Origin: Squalus acanthias
Taxonomy: Eukaryota
Direction: 5' to 3'
Length of the DNA stretch: 64,000 nucleotides
NCBI GenBank assembly: GCA_030390025.1
Contig: CM059432.1
Span: forward strand, 65,536,001-65,600,000
The translations under genes were made by a program, and so were the position numbers. Below are positions 11,984 to 24,418 of this stretch, piece by piece. The notes under the pieces are model-generated. The model was given only the letters and a program-made list of their open reading frames with translations, searched no databases and was not told where the DNA came from. The stretch's first letter is position 1, and each line of letters starts with the position of its first letter.

Positions 11984-13259
11984 GGGCTGAATTTTCCGGG
12001 GGGTCAGCGGGCGCGATCAGTGGCAGGTCAGGTGGGAAAGTATTTTTTTTCCCCCAGTGGGTCAGGACCCCGCTGTGAACCTACCTCCATGCGCCTTTCC
12101 CCAATGTCGGGTCAGTCAGCGCTGAGCAGACCCGACACGCAGCGGCGGGGGACCCAATTCAGATAATTATGACCTTGTTTAAAGATCATTAAGAATGCAT
12201 TTGAGCTCACCTTTTGATTTTACGTGCTCGTCCACAAGGTCCTCGCTGGTCGGGGATCACGTCTATTAAGCTGAGGTGGGAGTTCAGTGGCCACTGAATC
12301 AGCTGTTGAGTTGACAGCTTGAAATGTAAAGTAAAAGCTCCCACCTTACAGAGATATCTTCCCTCAGTCACAAGCTCTTCCTCACTGCATTTCCACAACA
12401 GATTCACCATGCTGCAAGTCTTAATACAAGTCTCCATCCATTCTGACCTCATTACCTCTCTCACCATTGACAGATCGCAAATGTCATCTCTACTTCACCT
12501 GCCATCTATTCCATCAGCATGGGTGCCCTTTATACTCTCTCACCTTGCTCCTCAGAATTCCACTACGATCAGCCCCAACACCAGTAGCACCAACAACAAC
12601 ACCAACCTTCTCCGCAATCACCTAATGCTGCACAGGACATCAGCACCCGACCACATTGCTGCCCGGGAGGCCAGGGATGGCCTCACCATGGCCAGATTTA
12701 CTTCACTTGACACTGTACACCCTGGCTGCCACATGATGCGCCAGGTTGGCACCACCCCACACCAACACCATAAAGCATCCCTACAATGCCCAAGCCATTC
12801 CTTTCACACTCACCAGCATTGCGGGGGGTACCATTATGTCTCACCATTCACTGCAACTCACTAAACCACTTCCAAAGGTGCACACAAATCTGTCCAAGAA
12901 CGCAAAGTGTTGAAAATAAAGGTTTCAAAGTCTGACACCACATTAACAGAAACTTTACATGAACATTGCATAAAACACCCAAGTGCCAACCCTTGTGTGC
13001 TGTTAGTTGGTATGATTGGACTAGGATGAGGGTGAGTGTGAGGGGTGGCTAGTGAGATGGAGATGTGATAATCTAGAGAGGGATGGGTGGATGTCCAAGA
13101 CCCGCTTCCTCTAATTGGCTGGGAAATGCGCTGGGTGGGCTTAACAAGCCCCAATGAGGTAAATTCATTTCGGACAGCGGGATGGAGCCAGCAGTGGGGT
13201 CGGGACCCGCCACCGACGTCGCCCGCCATGGACCCGCTGAGATTAGCAAAATCGTGGCC
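11984..13259 (+). mobile_element. Internally deleted Harbinger related to 2934-7580
   Basis: Ends GGGCTGAATTTT / AAAATCGTGGCC with TSD TTC. The transposase start region (CAGCATGGGTG...) is fused to its C-terminus DHIAAREARDGLTMARF. Confidence 0.8.
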
Positions 13260-14044
13260 TTCATCTCTAGCAGGTCACAGCTCTTTACAAAAACTATGTT
13301 ACTGCATCTGAAAATGCTTTACAAAAAACATTTTAAAAATCCTACCCATTAGCACCACCCTTTGGGAGTTGGGGTAAACTTTAATTAAAAAGCATGTGTC
13401 TCGCGATTAATTTGCGAGAGTTGTATATTCTATGTAATAAGTAGCTGCAATTACTTGGATTTGACCTTTTAGAACAGACACAGATCAGGTTTGCAGCTAA
13501 ATAACACAAATATGCTTCAGATCTGGCACTAAGTGCAAGCAAAAACCACAAGAGGTGTGCCCACTGTTGGTTTAAATGTGTGAACCATTTACATAATTCT
13601 CATGGACAAAATGTTCAAATGGGTGTGCAATCTTTCACTTCCTTTTGATTAAAAATCTCACTCTTAATATTTCCTGATGGTGACAGCAATGTAATATTTA
13701 CATGGCAAAATAACGTTTTAAAAACCTACCAAAATCCTGTACACCTCCTGAAGTGCCTCAACTCTCTCTGTGGTTTAGATGTATCCGCTACTATTAAATA
13801 AGTTTGAGGTCCATGTTGTTGCGGGTGTGCAGACAAGTAATGCTGGATTATGCAGTGCAGCAAAGCGCTCACGAGAACAATAAACCTGATTGATGAACAA
13901 CGTAGAATAACAAATGGAAGAAGCTCCAAAGTCTTCACACCAGCCTCACTGGGCATTGAAAGGAGGAAATGCCTTGATTGGGTATTTTTTTGAACGTACT
14001 TCTTGCGGTTCACGCCTCTAAATTAATTTAAAAATCGTTTAAGG

Positions 14045-14190
14045 ATGTTATAGCGCAGGAGGAGGCCATTCGGCCCATCGTGATAGCTCTTTGAAAGAGC
14101 TATCCAATTAGTCCCACTGCCCCTACTCTTTCCCATAGCACTGCAATTTTTTTCTTTGAAGGATAGATTCAATTCTCTTTTGAAAGTTAA
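14045..14190 (-). mobile_element. CR1 3' tail fragment
   Basis: GGAGGCCATTCGGCCCATCG...AGAGCTATCCAATTAGTCCCACT, similar to the tail at 33060-33200. Confidence 0.6.
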
Positions 14191-14224
14191 AAGGGAATTT
14201 CTGCACTTTTTAAAAAAATCCCAT

Positions 14225-15111
14225 GGGGGGGATATTCGGTTGGTTTGCGCCTCCCGTTAACGCCTTAAGAGGGCGCGAATGTGGCGCAAAGCAACTAGAG
14301 TCCATGTGCGGTGATGTTTGCGCCGCTCACGAAATTGACTAGACATTTTGCGGCAGCGCTACCGCCACAATCTCCTGCGCCCGCAGATCGTGACGTCAGT
14401 TGAGCGTGCAACGCCCCAGTAGCGCCCCGGACCAGATATTGAGTGGTGCCCCCTGTCTTACCGCCTGCCGCTAGCAACAACAGGTTGAGGGGAGCGTTTT
14501 GCAGTCGGAAAGGGACGGGGGAGTGCTATTTAAAGGTGACCGCTTCCTGCCTTTTTTTGTCGGTGAAATTTTTTCACCACGCATTCTGAGTGAGAGAGAG
14601 AGAGACTGCAAGAGTTATCCAAAGCTGTGTTGAGGAGTTTTGGGTACTGAGCAGCACTTTGCAGGTTCTTTTTTATTTGATCTTCCTTGCATCGATTTAG
14701 AAGAGACTGTGGGGGCTGCACTCTGAGCTCTTTCCCTGGTACTCTCCATTGTTCTTTCCAACAGATTTGATGTACAGGTCTCTCCAGGCCGAGATTCAAG
14801 GCTGCAATGAGCAGGGTGTGGATGGAGACCAAGATCGACCCTCCCCTTTAAGAACTGGCCGGCGCCAGTGTGTCTGTGTTCCATTGCTGACTGACATCAC
14901 ATGAGCTTCGCCAGCGCTCTGAGTTAGCGCCTCGCTCCTCGGCCTTTGCGCCTTAAGACAGGTGTGCAGCACCTGATTTAGTGTTCCAATCACCTCCAGG
15001 GGTGATAAAAGCCAAGTTTGCAGTCGGAGGCGATAATTAGCGGCAGGTGCTAAACTTTACGCCCGGCCGATAATCGCGCCCCAAACGGGGCGATACTGAA
15101 TTTCTCCCCCC
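14225..15111 (+). mobile_element. Non-autonomous Harbinger element (MITE family B, copy 1)
   Basis: TIR GGGGGGATATTC / GAATTTCTCCCCC with TSD CAT or ATG. A full-length homolog lies at 41935-42827, and the TIR is shared with 28972-32321. Confidence 0.9.
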
Positions 15112-15299
15112 ATGTTTTTTACTCCTATTCCCAGGCTATTAAAGAAACGATCCACTCTGCCTTCCAGACCCCTCTTTACTGGAGAATTTGTAAAGGGTGT
15201 TGGAAACCTTTTCTGCCACCTGAGCTGTGAGGCTGGAGCCCTCTGGTTCGTTTGATAAAATAAATGTTATAAAATAAACACACACACACCTCAATCTCC

Positions 15300-15495
15300 A
15301 TTTGAGAGGGGAGAGGGAGAGTGGGGGGTGGGGGAGGTGCTAGCATGCATATTAGTGATGCACCCTAAGAACCAGCAATCGGTGTCTTCGAGCTAACTTT
15401 GTGGGGAGAGAGAGGAAAAACAAACGGCGTTGTTCTTGCGACTTAAGTCCGGCGTGGTTGAGCAGGGAGAGGGTCGGTGGAGGATGGGCTGCTTG

Positions 15496-15531
<36 letters not shown>

Positions 15532-15668
15532 CAGAGAGCGAGCCGAGTCTGCACCATACGTGCGCTCTCTTGCTCCGGTGCCACTTTCGGGACTGTGGTC
15601 GTTCCTTTAAAGAGGAGGCTGCACTGATACAGTTACAAGTGCCGCATTCTGTTTCAATGGGATGGCAG
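15300..15668 (+). promoter_or_regulatory. Probable host-gene promoter and first exon ending ATGGGATGGCAG|GTATGT (gene unidentified)
   Basis: Non-repetitive CpG-enriched stretch with a (GA)n run and a TTCCTTTAAA motif; ATG codons immediately precede a consensus donor CAG|GTATGT at 15669. Confidence 0.5.
15499..15527 (+). repeat. (GA)n microsatellite
   Basis: Direct reading of the sequence. Confidence 0.95.
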
Positions 15669-16680
15669 GTATGTGAAAAAAATCCAGCACTGTCACATGA
15701 CCGCAGAGACCTGGTCCGCGCCCGGAAGTCTATTTTTGATTGGCTATCTTTTTTTGCCCCTTCCTCCTATTGGCCTACAGGAACTAATGGTTTCAGTGCT
15801 CGCACAGGGTCTGTTGGATTCAAATCTGAAGCTCCTCCCAGTGCAGCAGCAGCATGATGCTACTTGAAATCCTCCCTTTGCTCCAGCTTCCTGATTTAAA
15901 CAATGGCGAGGAAAAGGAAAATCATAACTTTTCACAGTTCAATTGCGAGATTGCGAGTTGGAGTAAAGTTTTATTAAAAATCGCATGTCTCACGGTTAAT
16001 TTGCTAGAATTGGCATTACTGATTTACTGTCCATTAATTGTGGACAGAAAATCATTGGCTGCATGTCCGTGATTTCACAAGATGCAATCTGTGCCTGCCA
16101 CCCCCCATTGAGAGTGCTGGATGATGGAATCACCCTTTGTATGCCGTGTACCAGTTTCTTTCATAAGATGGAAAAATATATGTTGTTGATATTTGACATA
16201 TTAAAATTAACTTTGTTAGGCTGATCTCTCTTTATCTCATGCAAAAGATAACCTTTACAGCTGCCTGTTCTTGTTTCCAATTGCCAACTCACTTCATATA
16301 ATACAAAACCTTCCAAATTTCAACAAATTAGCTGTTTAAAACAGCTGTATATCAGCTACAAATGTTGAATAAATCCTTTCTATACTGTTGATCAGTGAAT
16401 TTAATGTTACACTACGACTACTAAATTCCTGTCTGTCAGTTCAGCAGCAAAGATGGGGCCAAATGAATTCACTCCACTGTTGTCAGCTTTGAACTAGCCT
16501 GGCCGATTCAGTCATCTGTATCCCTTTCTGTGACTAGTCACTCATGACATTTGTTTATCCAGAGCTTCCTTGGTCTTCCTCGGTTTCTTGCTCCAAGTAC
16601 CTCTGTATGCAGGTCCATGGCAGCTGTTTCTATTCTTGAAATGTGCCACAATCCATCTTGGATCTTTTGTATAAATTATG

Positions 16681-16952
16681 GGGAGATTTTTAACATGGGT
16701 GAGCGGGTGGGAGTGGGTGTGGGTGGAGGGGGTGTTAAATGGCCAAAAATTCGAGGCGTGTCGGGAATCCGGCTACAACCCGCCGACTTCCGGGTGTTAC
16801 CAGAGGCGGGACAAGGGGCGGGCAGGAGGCAGGTTGGTATTTTAAATATGTTAAGTAGACTGGAAGCCTCGGATTTAACCTGCTGTGCAGGTTTAACTTT
16901 GGCCGGCCGGGTTTCCTGGGCCTCGGGAACGGCATTTGAATGTTTTCTCCCC
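16681..16952. mobile_element. Short Harbinger-type MITE
   Basis: GGGAGATTTT ... TTTTCTCCCC termini flanked by ATG on both sides, with a GC-rich interior. Confidence 0.6.
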
Positions 16953-17065
16953 ATGTTTCATAAGGTGCAAGGATGTGTGCTTAACACTCATCATCCACAG
17001 GAAAGTGTAGGAACAATCTCAGAATCTATTAGTAGTAACAAATGAAACAGGGATCCAATGTGCTT

Positions 17066-17845
17066 CATAAGAACATAAGAAATAGGAGCAGGAGTAGGCC
17101 TTTCGGCCCTTCGAGCCTGCTCCGTCATTCAATGAGATCATGGCTGATCTTCTGCCTCAACTCCATTCACCGGCCCTATTGCCATATCCCTTGATGCCCT
17201 TACTAGTCAGAAATCTATCGAATTCTGTTTTGAATATACCCAATGACTGAGCCTCCACAGCCCTCTGGGGTAGAGAATTCCAAAGATTCACCACCCTCTG
17301 TGTGAAGAAATTTCTTCTCATCTCAGTCCTGAATGGCCTACCCTTTATCCTGAGGCTGTGGCCCCTGGTTCTAGACTCCCCAGCCAAGGGAAACATTCTC
17401 CCAGCATCCACCCTATCAAGCCCTGTCATAATCTTGTATGCTTCAATGAGATCCCCTCTCATTCTTCTGAATTCAAGAGAATACAGGCCTAGTTTACTCA
17501 ATCTCTTCTCATACGACAGTCCTGCCATCCCAGGAATCAATCTCGTGAACCTTCGTTGCACTCCCTCTATGGCAAGTATATCCTTCCTTAGGTAAGGAGA
17601 CCAAAATTGTACACAGTACTCCAGGTGTGGTCTCACCAAGGCCCTATATAATTGGAGTAAGACTTCTTTAATCCTGTACTCAAATCCTCTTGTAATGAAG
17701 GCCAGTATACCATTTGCCTTCCTAATGGCTTGCTGCACCTGCACATTCACTTTCAGTGACTCATGTACAAGGACACCCAGGTCCCTTTGAGCATCTGCAT
17801 TCCCCAATCTTTCACCATTTAGGAAATACTCTGCCTTTCTGTTTC
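17066..17845 (-). mobile_element. 5'-truncated CR1 LINE (3' end of ORF2 plus tail)
   Basis: 216-aa ORF with RDLGV...LYRALVRPHLEYCVQFWSPY...RNFFTQRVVNLWNSLP; tail GCTCCTATTTCTTATGTTCTTATG. Confidence 0.95.
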
Positions 17846-17903
17846 ATCTGTATCATCATTCACTGGATATTAACATAGCGAAGCCAGACTTCACTATCCA
17901 GCT

Positions 17904-18472
17904 AAAATAACAACAGAAAATGCTGGAACCACTCAGCAGGCCAGGCAGCATCCGTGGAGAGAGAAACAGAGTTAACGTTTCAGGCCTGTGACCCTTTGTT
18001 AGAGTTAGAGAAAGTTAGAGAAGTAACAGATTTTAAGCAGGTGCAGAGACAGGGAAAGGAGGGGGAGGGAAGGAAGGAACTAAAGGGACGGTCTGTGCTA
18101 GGATGAAAGGCAGGAAAGATTAAATGTTGCAAATGGGGGATGGCAGAATCATCAACAGCTGCCGCCTGAAAAAATGGGGGAGTTATAGTCTGAAATTGTT
18201 GAACTCAATGTTGAGTCCAGAAGACTGTAAAGTGTCTAATCGAAAGATGAGGTGCTGTTCCTTGAGCTTACGTTGAGCTTCATTGGAACAGGCCAAGGAC
18301 AGAGAGGTCAGAGTGGGAGTGGAGCAGAGAATTAAAGTGACAAGCGACCGGAAACTCGGGGTCACCCTTACGGACTGAACGGAGGTGTTCTGCAAAGCGG
18401 TCACCCAATCTGCGTTTGGTCTCCCCAATGTAGAGGAGACCGCAACGTGAGCAGCGAATATAGTATACTAAA
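17904..18472 (-). mobile_element. Penelope-like element 3' fragment (GIY-YIG endonuclease)
   Basis: NLVYYIRCSRCGLLYIGETKRRLGDRFAEH; 14-bp TSD TTCACTATCCAGCT at 17890-17903 and 18473-18486. Confidence 0.92.
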
Positions 18473-19905
18473 TTCACTATCCAGCTGTCTGATTAATGTT
18501 GCGGTCACACAATATCAAAGAATCCTTCATTATTATTGCTTCATGAGCTCATTATTCTGTAAATATGAAACAGTGTAGCAAGTCTTAACCGCTGCAGCCT
18601 GACCCACATGTTGATTATAGGGTAACTCAATAACCTGCCAAAACTTGCATCTGCATACCTCAGCTTCTAATTGTAATGTTCTACATTGTGAAACTAAGTT
18701 CTCCTTGTTAATCTTATTTTCTGTGAATTAAATTGTTGCAAAGGGCATTAACGTACAGGGGAAAAATATCACAGGAGCTGGATATGGTTTACACAGTCTC
18801 ATTGAACTTTAAAAAGCTAACATTCTTTCAAGTCTCTCACTCTTTTATGACATTCATGCAAAACATAATCAAGTAATTATGAGTTACTGTGGGCCCAGTG
18901 TCTGTAACTATAATTTGACTATAATACATTCTAAGCAGGTGTTTCTTGCCATGTTTATGAATATTTATCATATGTCTCATTGAATGTGAATACTGTCATT
19001 CACAGAATAATCTTTTCCCAAACATAAGACTGTAATCAAATGTATGCAAAAGCTTCTAAAGTAAATTTACATTTTACTGTTTTTAAAATAAAAGCGCATT
19101 TCAACATTAATACACTACAATGAGGATTTTATGATTTACAGGCATAAATCGGGCAAACTCAAACACAAAATTATGAGTGCAGATCCATTATGTTGGATCG
19201 CGACCCATTTATCGCATTACTACCATTTCTGGGGACAGGAAAAATGAGGCAGAAAGTGTTGACCTAAAACAGGAGGCTGTTTCATTTCAATGTGCATTTG
19301 GAGGCAGGGAGGTCCTACATACCACTTTCTGACACCCTCATATCCATGTGAACCAGCTGTCCAAAGTTGCTAGGCTGTGGTAAGTATATGGAAGTTCGCT
19401 TAAAGGGCACAGTAATGCAAAAGTAAGTGCAGGAGAAATCCAATTTCAACAGGGGTGCAAAACGGGTGCTAATGGACCGGCTTCCCACTGTACCGCAGCC
19501 CGATTATCCTCCTCATTGAAGTCAATGGAAAGAAAAGCTGGCATGGTGTATAACGGACGTCCGATCTGCTACCACTCATTTTATGCCTCCCACCAAAGTT
19601 CCGTCACCCCCCATGTGTTTTAGCCATTTCTTCATTTTATTTTGTGGGGTTTTTTTCCTGCTGATCTTGGTTCTTGGCAGATTGTTTTAAAAAAATTCCC
19701 CCCAGCACCATTATTGACATCAGTGGGGTTCCCTGTGGAAATCACCCCATCTGAGGTTTGTGGATGAAGAAGAAAACAATAACCAAAAGAGTGATGGCAG
19801 GCAGATCAGGCTCGAAGATAGGTGTTCTATATCCATCTGCCAGTACCTGCACATACATATCTGTAGACAGAACTGTACATATCTTGCTTTGGCAGATGAA
19901 TAGCT

Positions 19906-21378
19906 TTTTTTTATTCATTCACGGGATGTGGACGTTGCTGGCAAGGCCAGCATTTATTGCCCATCCCTAATTGCCTTTTGAGAAGGTGGTGGTGAGCCAC
20001 ATTCTTGAACCGCTGCAGTCCGTGAGGTGAAGGTACTCCTGCAGTGGTGTTAGGGAGGGAGTTCCAGGATTTTGACCCAGTGACGATGAAGGAACGATCA
20101 TATATTTCCAAATCAGGATGGTGTGTGCCTTGGAGAGGAGCTTGGAGGTGGTGGTGTTCCCATGCACCTGCTGCCCTTGTCCTTCTAGGTGGTAGAGGTT
20201 GCGGGTTTGGGAGGTGCTGTCAAGAAACCTTGGCAAGTTGCTGCAGTGCGTTTTGTAGATAGTACACACTGCAGCCATGGTGCGCCTGTGGCGGAGGGAG
20301 TGAATGTTTAAGATGGTGGATGGGGTGTCAATCAAACGGGCTGCTTTGTCCTGGATGGAGCTTCTTGAGTGTTGTAGCTGCACTCATCCAGGCAAGTGGA
20401 GAGTATTCCATCACACTCCTGACTTGTACCTTGTAGATGATGGAAAGGCTTTGCAGAGTCACAGGGGGACTCAGGAGGTGAATCACTCACTGCAGAATAC
20501 CCAGCCTCTGACCTGCTTTTGTAACCACAGTATTTATGTGGCTGGTCCAGTTAAGTTTCTGGTCAATGGTGACCCCCAGGATGTTGATGGTGGGGGATTC
20601 AGCGATGGTAATCCCATTAAATGTCTCTTGTTGCAGATGGGCATTGCCTGGCACTTATATGGTGAGAATGTTACTTGCAACTTATCAACCCAAGCTTGAA
20701 TGTTGTCCAGGCCTTGCTGCATGCATTGCTTCGTTATGAGGAGTTGTAAATGGAACTGAACATTGCACAATCATCAGTTAACATCCCCACTTCTGACCTT
20801 ATGATGGAGGGAAGGTCATTGATGAAGCAGCTGAAGATGGTTGGGCCAAGGACACTTCCATGAGGAAATGCTGCAGCGATGTCTTTGGGCTGAGATGATT
20901 GGCCTCCAACAACCACAACCATCTTCCTTTGTGCTAGGTATGACTGCAGCCAGTGGAGAGTTTTCTCCCAATTCCCATTGACTTCAATTTTACTAGGGCT
21001 CCTTGATGCCACACTCGGTCAAATGCTGCCTTGATGTCGAGGGCAGTCACTGTCACCTCACCTCTGGAATTCAGCTCTTTTGTCCATGTTTGGACCAAGG
21101 CTGTAATGAGGTCTGGAACCGAGTGGTCCTGGCGGAACCCAAACTGAGCATCGGTGAGCAGGTTATTGGTGAGTAAGTGTCGCTTAATAGCACTGTCGAT
21201 GACACCTTCCATCACTTTGCTGATGATTGAGAGTAGACGGTAATTGGCCGGATTGGATTTGTCCTGCTTTTTGTGGACAGGACTTACCTGGGCAGTTTTC
21301 CACATTGTCGGGTAGATGCCAGTGTTCTAGCTGTACTGGAACAGCTTGGCTAGAGGCGCGGCTAGTTCTGGAGCTCAG
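19906..21378 (-). mobile_element. CR1/L2-group LINE, 5'-truncated, frameshifted RT
   Basis: WKTAQVSPVHKKQDKSNPANYR, QFGFR, ALDIKAAFDRVWH and GSVLGPTIFSCFINDL motifs; same tail as 6351-6703. Confidence 0.9.
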
Positions 21379-22344
21379 AAAGACTATTATTCCTAAAGCA
21401 AGCTGAGCCAGCAGACCTGATTGCACAATTAAGATATATCATAATTAAGATATATGAACTCCTGACCAATCATAATGTTGGATATTTCCTCTGAAGCATG
21501 TCATTCATTCATTGGCACTGCATGAAAGAAGGCATGCCAAGGTGATCAAAGAACTGTGTACCTTGATCAGCTGAACTCACCAAATTCCCATCATCTGCTT
21601 GGCAATTACTATGGGGAACTGTTTTCATGGGGTCCAGGTCATCAGAAAGTCAGTTGCAAAGCTGTGCCATCTGCTGCAAAGACACCTGCAGCTACCATGC
21701 AACATGCAGTGACAGTAACCATCAACTGTGGCCTGAAAGCTGGCTTCACTTCCTTGCAGATATGCTGCAGAGCTGTTCCATGAGGTTGGTGCTGCAGAGT
21801 GCCACAGAGAGCAAATCGATTCACAGCTGTTTCATACAGCCCCACCTCCACTTCAATAGCCATCAATCGGGCTGAATTGCTCCATCACTTAGCTGCAGAC
21901 TCATGCCTTCCGCTGGAGTCTGGGATTTTCCATATTGGTGGAATTCTGGTGTATCTTCAGCAGTGAGGAACTTCGAAACATTTGGGTGTAAACTGCACCC
22001 ATGCAGGAAAGTCTAAGCTGAAATATTTACAGTTCAAAAGGTTTGAGCAGTAAAGAAAGGAAATGATTCAGTCAGTAGTTCTGCCTGATTTATATACCTG
22101 TAAGTCACTTGTTGATCTGGTCCCCCCTGGAAGTAAAGGAATGTCTGTATTGCACTCTCTTTTGTTTGCTATTTCTACATAAGAATGGAGGTTATCAAGT
22201 GTAAAAGCCAAACATACTGAACTTCCAGTGATCCCAATAGCAGTGCAGCGTTTTGCGCTACAGAAGCATTGCTCTACTATATTTTGTACACTTAATCAGT
22301 AGACCAGTATTCTAATCTTTGCAAGGTATCAGACATGTCCATAT

Positions 22345-23546
22345 TGTAGGCTTCGCAAAATCCCCCAGAAACTCGAACAGAACCCTAAAGGGGGTGATTT
22401 TTGGATTTTTATACAAATTTGGAATGATGGGACCTAAATGAAGGGATTTGAGGTCAAAACCTCAGTTTTGGACATTTTTAAGGAGCAGGGAAGAAAAACC
22501 CTGAGGAAAAATGACTTTGGAAAAATAAGACACCTTTTAAAAGGGCCATTGGGAAAACCTGCAGTCACAGAAACTCCACAGGCTGCAGGAAAGGGTCTGG
22601 TGAGGCAGTGGACAGCTTTTGAGTATTGGGACCGAGCCAAGCTGTCTGGGAGATGTTTGCACTGCAATCCAACCAAGGAGGAAGAGCCTCACCCAAAACC
22701 TCACATACACATCTAAAAATGAATAATCCAAGACCCCTTTTGAAATCCCCAGGCCCAAACAGGATGCTAGAAGCCTGAAAACAATAAAACATCCAGTACA
22801 CCCATCACCCCATCAAAAAACAATCAGCCAAGTATCTACAGGGACAGATTAACAAGCCTGCCAAAAATCTAAGACAAAGGGGCGAGATTTGGCGCGTAGA
22901 TAAAGGCCCTGCCTAAATGGGAGTTCAATTGAAAAGCCTGTTTTCAGCAGAAGTCAGGGCTGGAGTTACAGAGTTCAGGAGAAGCAAGGAAGAAGCAGCA
23001 AGGAGTTCCACAGTTCTGCAAGAAGGCAGTTCCACAGCTCGGAAGAAGGCAGTTTAAACAGAGGCAGAGTTCAACAGAAAGAAGTACAACAAAGAAGGCC
23101 AGCAGTTCAAGAGACCAGAGCGACCGCCTCAGTGACCATCGGACACCTCGCGGCAACAAGGGCCTTACGAAACCTTTTACTCAAAAGACTCTAAACCCTA
23201 ACTCTCAACTGTCAAGAACTGTCATTTGGTGAGCATTATCCCTGATCTTCTGGAATCAACCCTAGCTAGGCAGTGGGATTTGGGAGGGATAAAGGTTTTT
23301 GTATATTGTAATTCTCCCTCGCTTGTACTGTGTGTTCCCCAACCTGTGTTTAAGCATTAAGTGTGTTTTAAGTTTGTTACCTTTTCTTTAATAAAAGTCA
23401 AAACTCTTTCATCAAAACCTGTTGTCTACTGCATCTTTGTTCACCAACCCCAAATAAATCCAAGGTCTAGAACCAGGGATGTGGGAAAGATTCGAACTGC
23501 TCACTGAGTCAGAGGTGAACCTGACCCCCACACACCACCCCCTACA
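22345..23546 (+). mobile_element. Solo LTR (Gypsy-like, ~1.2 kb)
   Basis: TGTAGG...CCTACA termini; flanks ATAT/ATGT (4-bp TSD, one mismatch); AATAAA near 23390. Confidence 0.7.
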
Positions 23547-24219
23547 ATGTTGAGACAATTATAAGGTCACGCATCTGTTATAAGATATATAGAACGACTC
23601 TATATAGAAGAATTGGAGTGAACAAAAAGTTCAGATATCATAAGGCACAAGATCAAAACTCAAGTAGTTTACGATGTCAATTGAACACAGATTAAATTAT
23701 TCTTGTGTTCACTCGCTGCCATCTGCAATTGTTAGTCATATACAAGGGGCACAATTCTAGCAAAACTATCATAATGCAGGAGGTTCCATTGACTTTTCTT
23801 ACAGTCAGCATTGAGCACTTTCAGCTCAGTTATAAGACAGGCTAGATGTCATGTCAAATCCCTCTCTTCTGCTTATTCTGACCTCAAACAGTACCTCTAA
23901 CAGAGCCAACATTATTTTTTTCCACTTCCATGCCAGTCATCCTCTGAGAATTTGCATTAAAGCAGCAGCTTTGTGCTGTGCCACCCGCCCCCCCCCCCCT
24001 CAGCCCTCCCCACCAGAAAAAACCTGTTCAAACTCACTTTATAAAGGACAATTACTGACAGCAGAGAGGAGAAACAATTAGCACTGGGCAGGATTCAAAC
24101 CAAGGCAGCACTTGATAGTCACCAGTGTATTACTTGTGCCTTATTGATATAGCACTTTTGCTTCCATATTTAAAAAAGTATATTATAGTACTAGAAGTAA
24201 CAACAAAATACAGCATGGA

Positions 24220-24418
24220 CACTATTTAAGAAAGGAGGGAGAGAGAAAATGGGGAACTACAGACCAGTTAGCCTGACAACAATAGTACGGAAAATGCTAG
24301 AATCTATTATTAAGGACGTGGTAACAGGGCACTTCGAAAGTAATAATAGGATTGGGCAGTCAACACAGATTTATGAAAGGGAAATCATGCTTGACAAATC
24401 TGTTAGAGTTTCTTGAGG
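24220..24418 (+). mobile_element. CR1 ORF2 internal fragment
   Basis: Resembles LFKKGGREK.GNYRPVSLT...KGKSCLTNLLEFLE. Confidence 0.85.

Noticed and set aside
13726..14013. Minus-strand exon or 95-aa ORF divergent from the putative promoter
   Set aside because: Only a modest donor (TTG|GTAGGT) and no recognisable protein; cannot be supported without transcript data.
14615..14884. Conserved small protein MEHRHTGAGQFLKGRVDL (also 42278-42601)
   Set aside because: The similarity simply reflects two copies of MITE family B, and the reading frames diverge at the 3' end.
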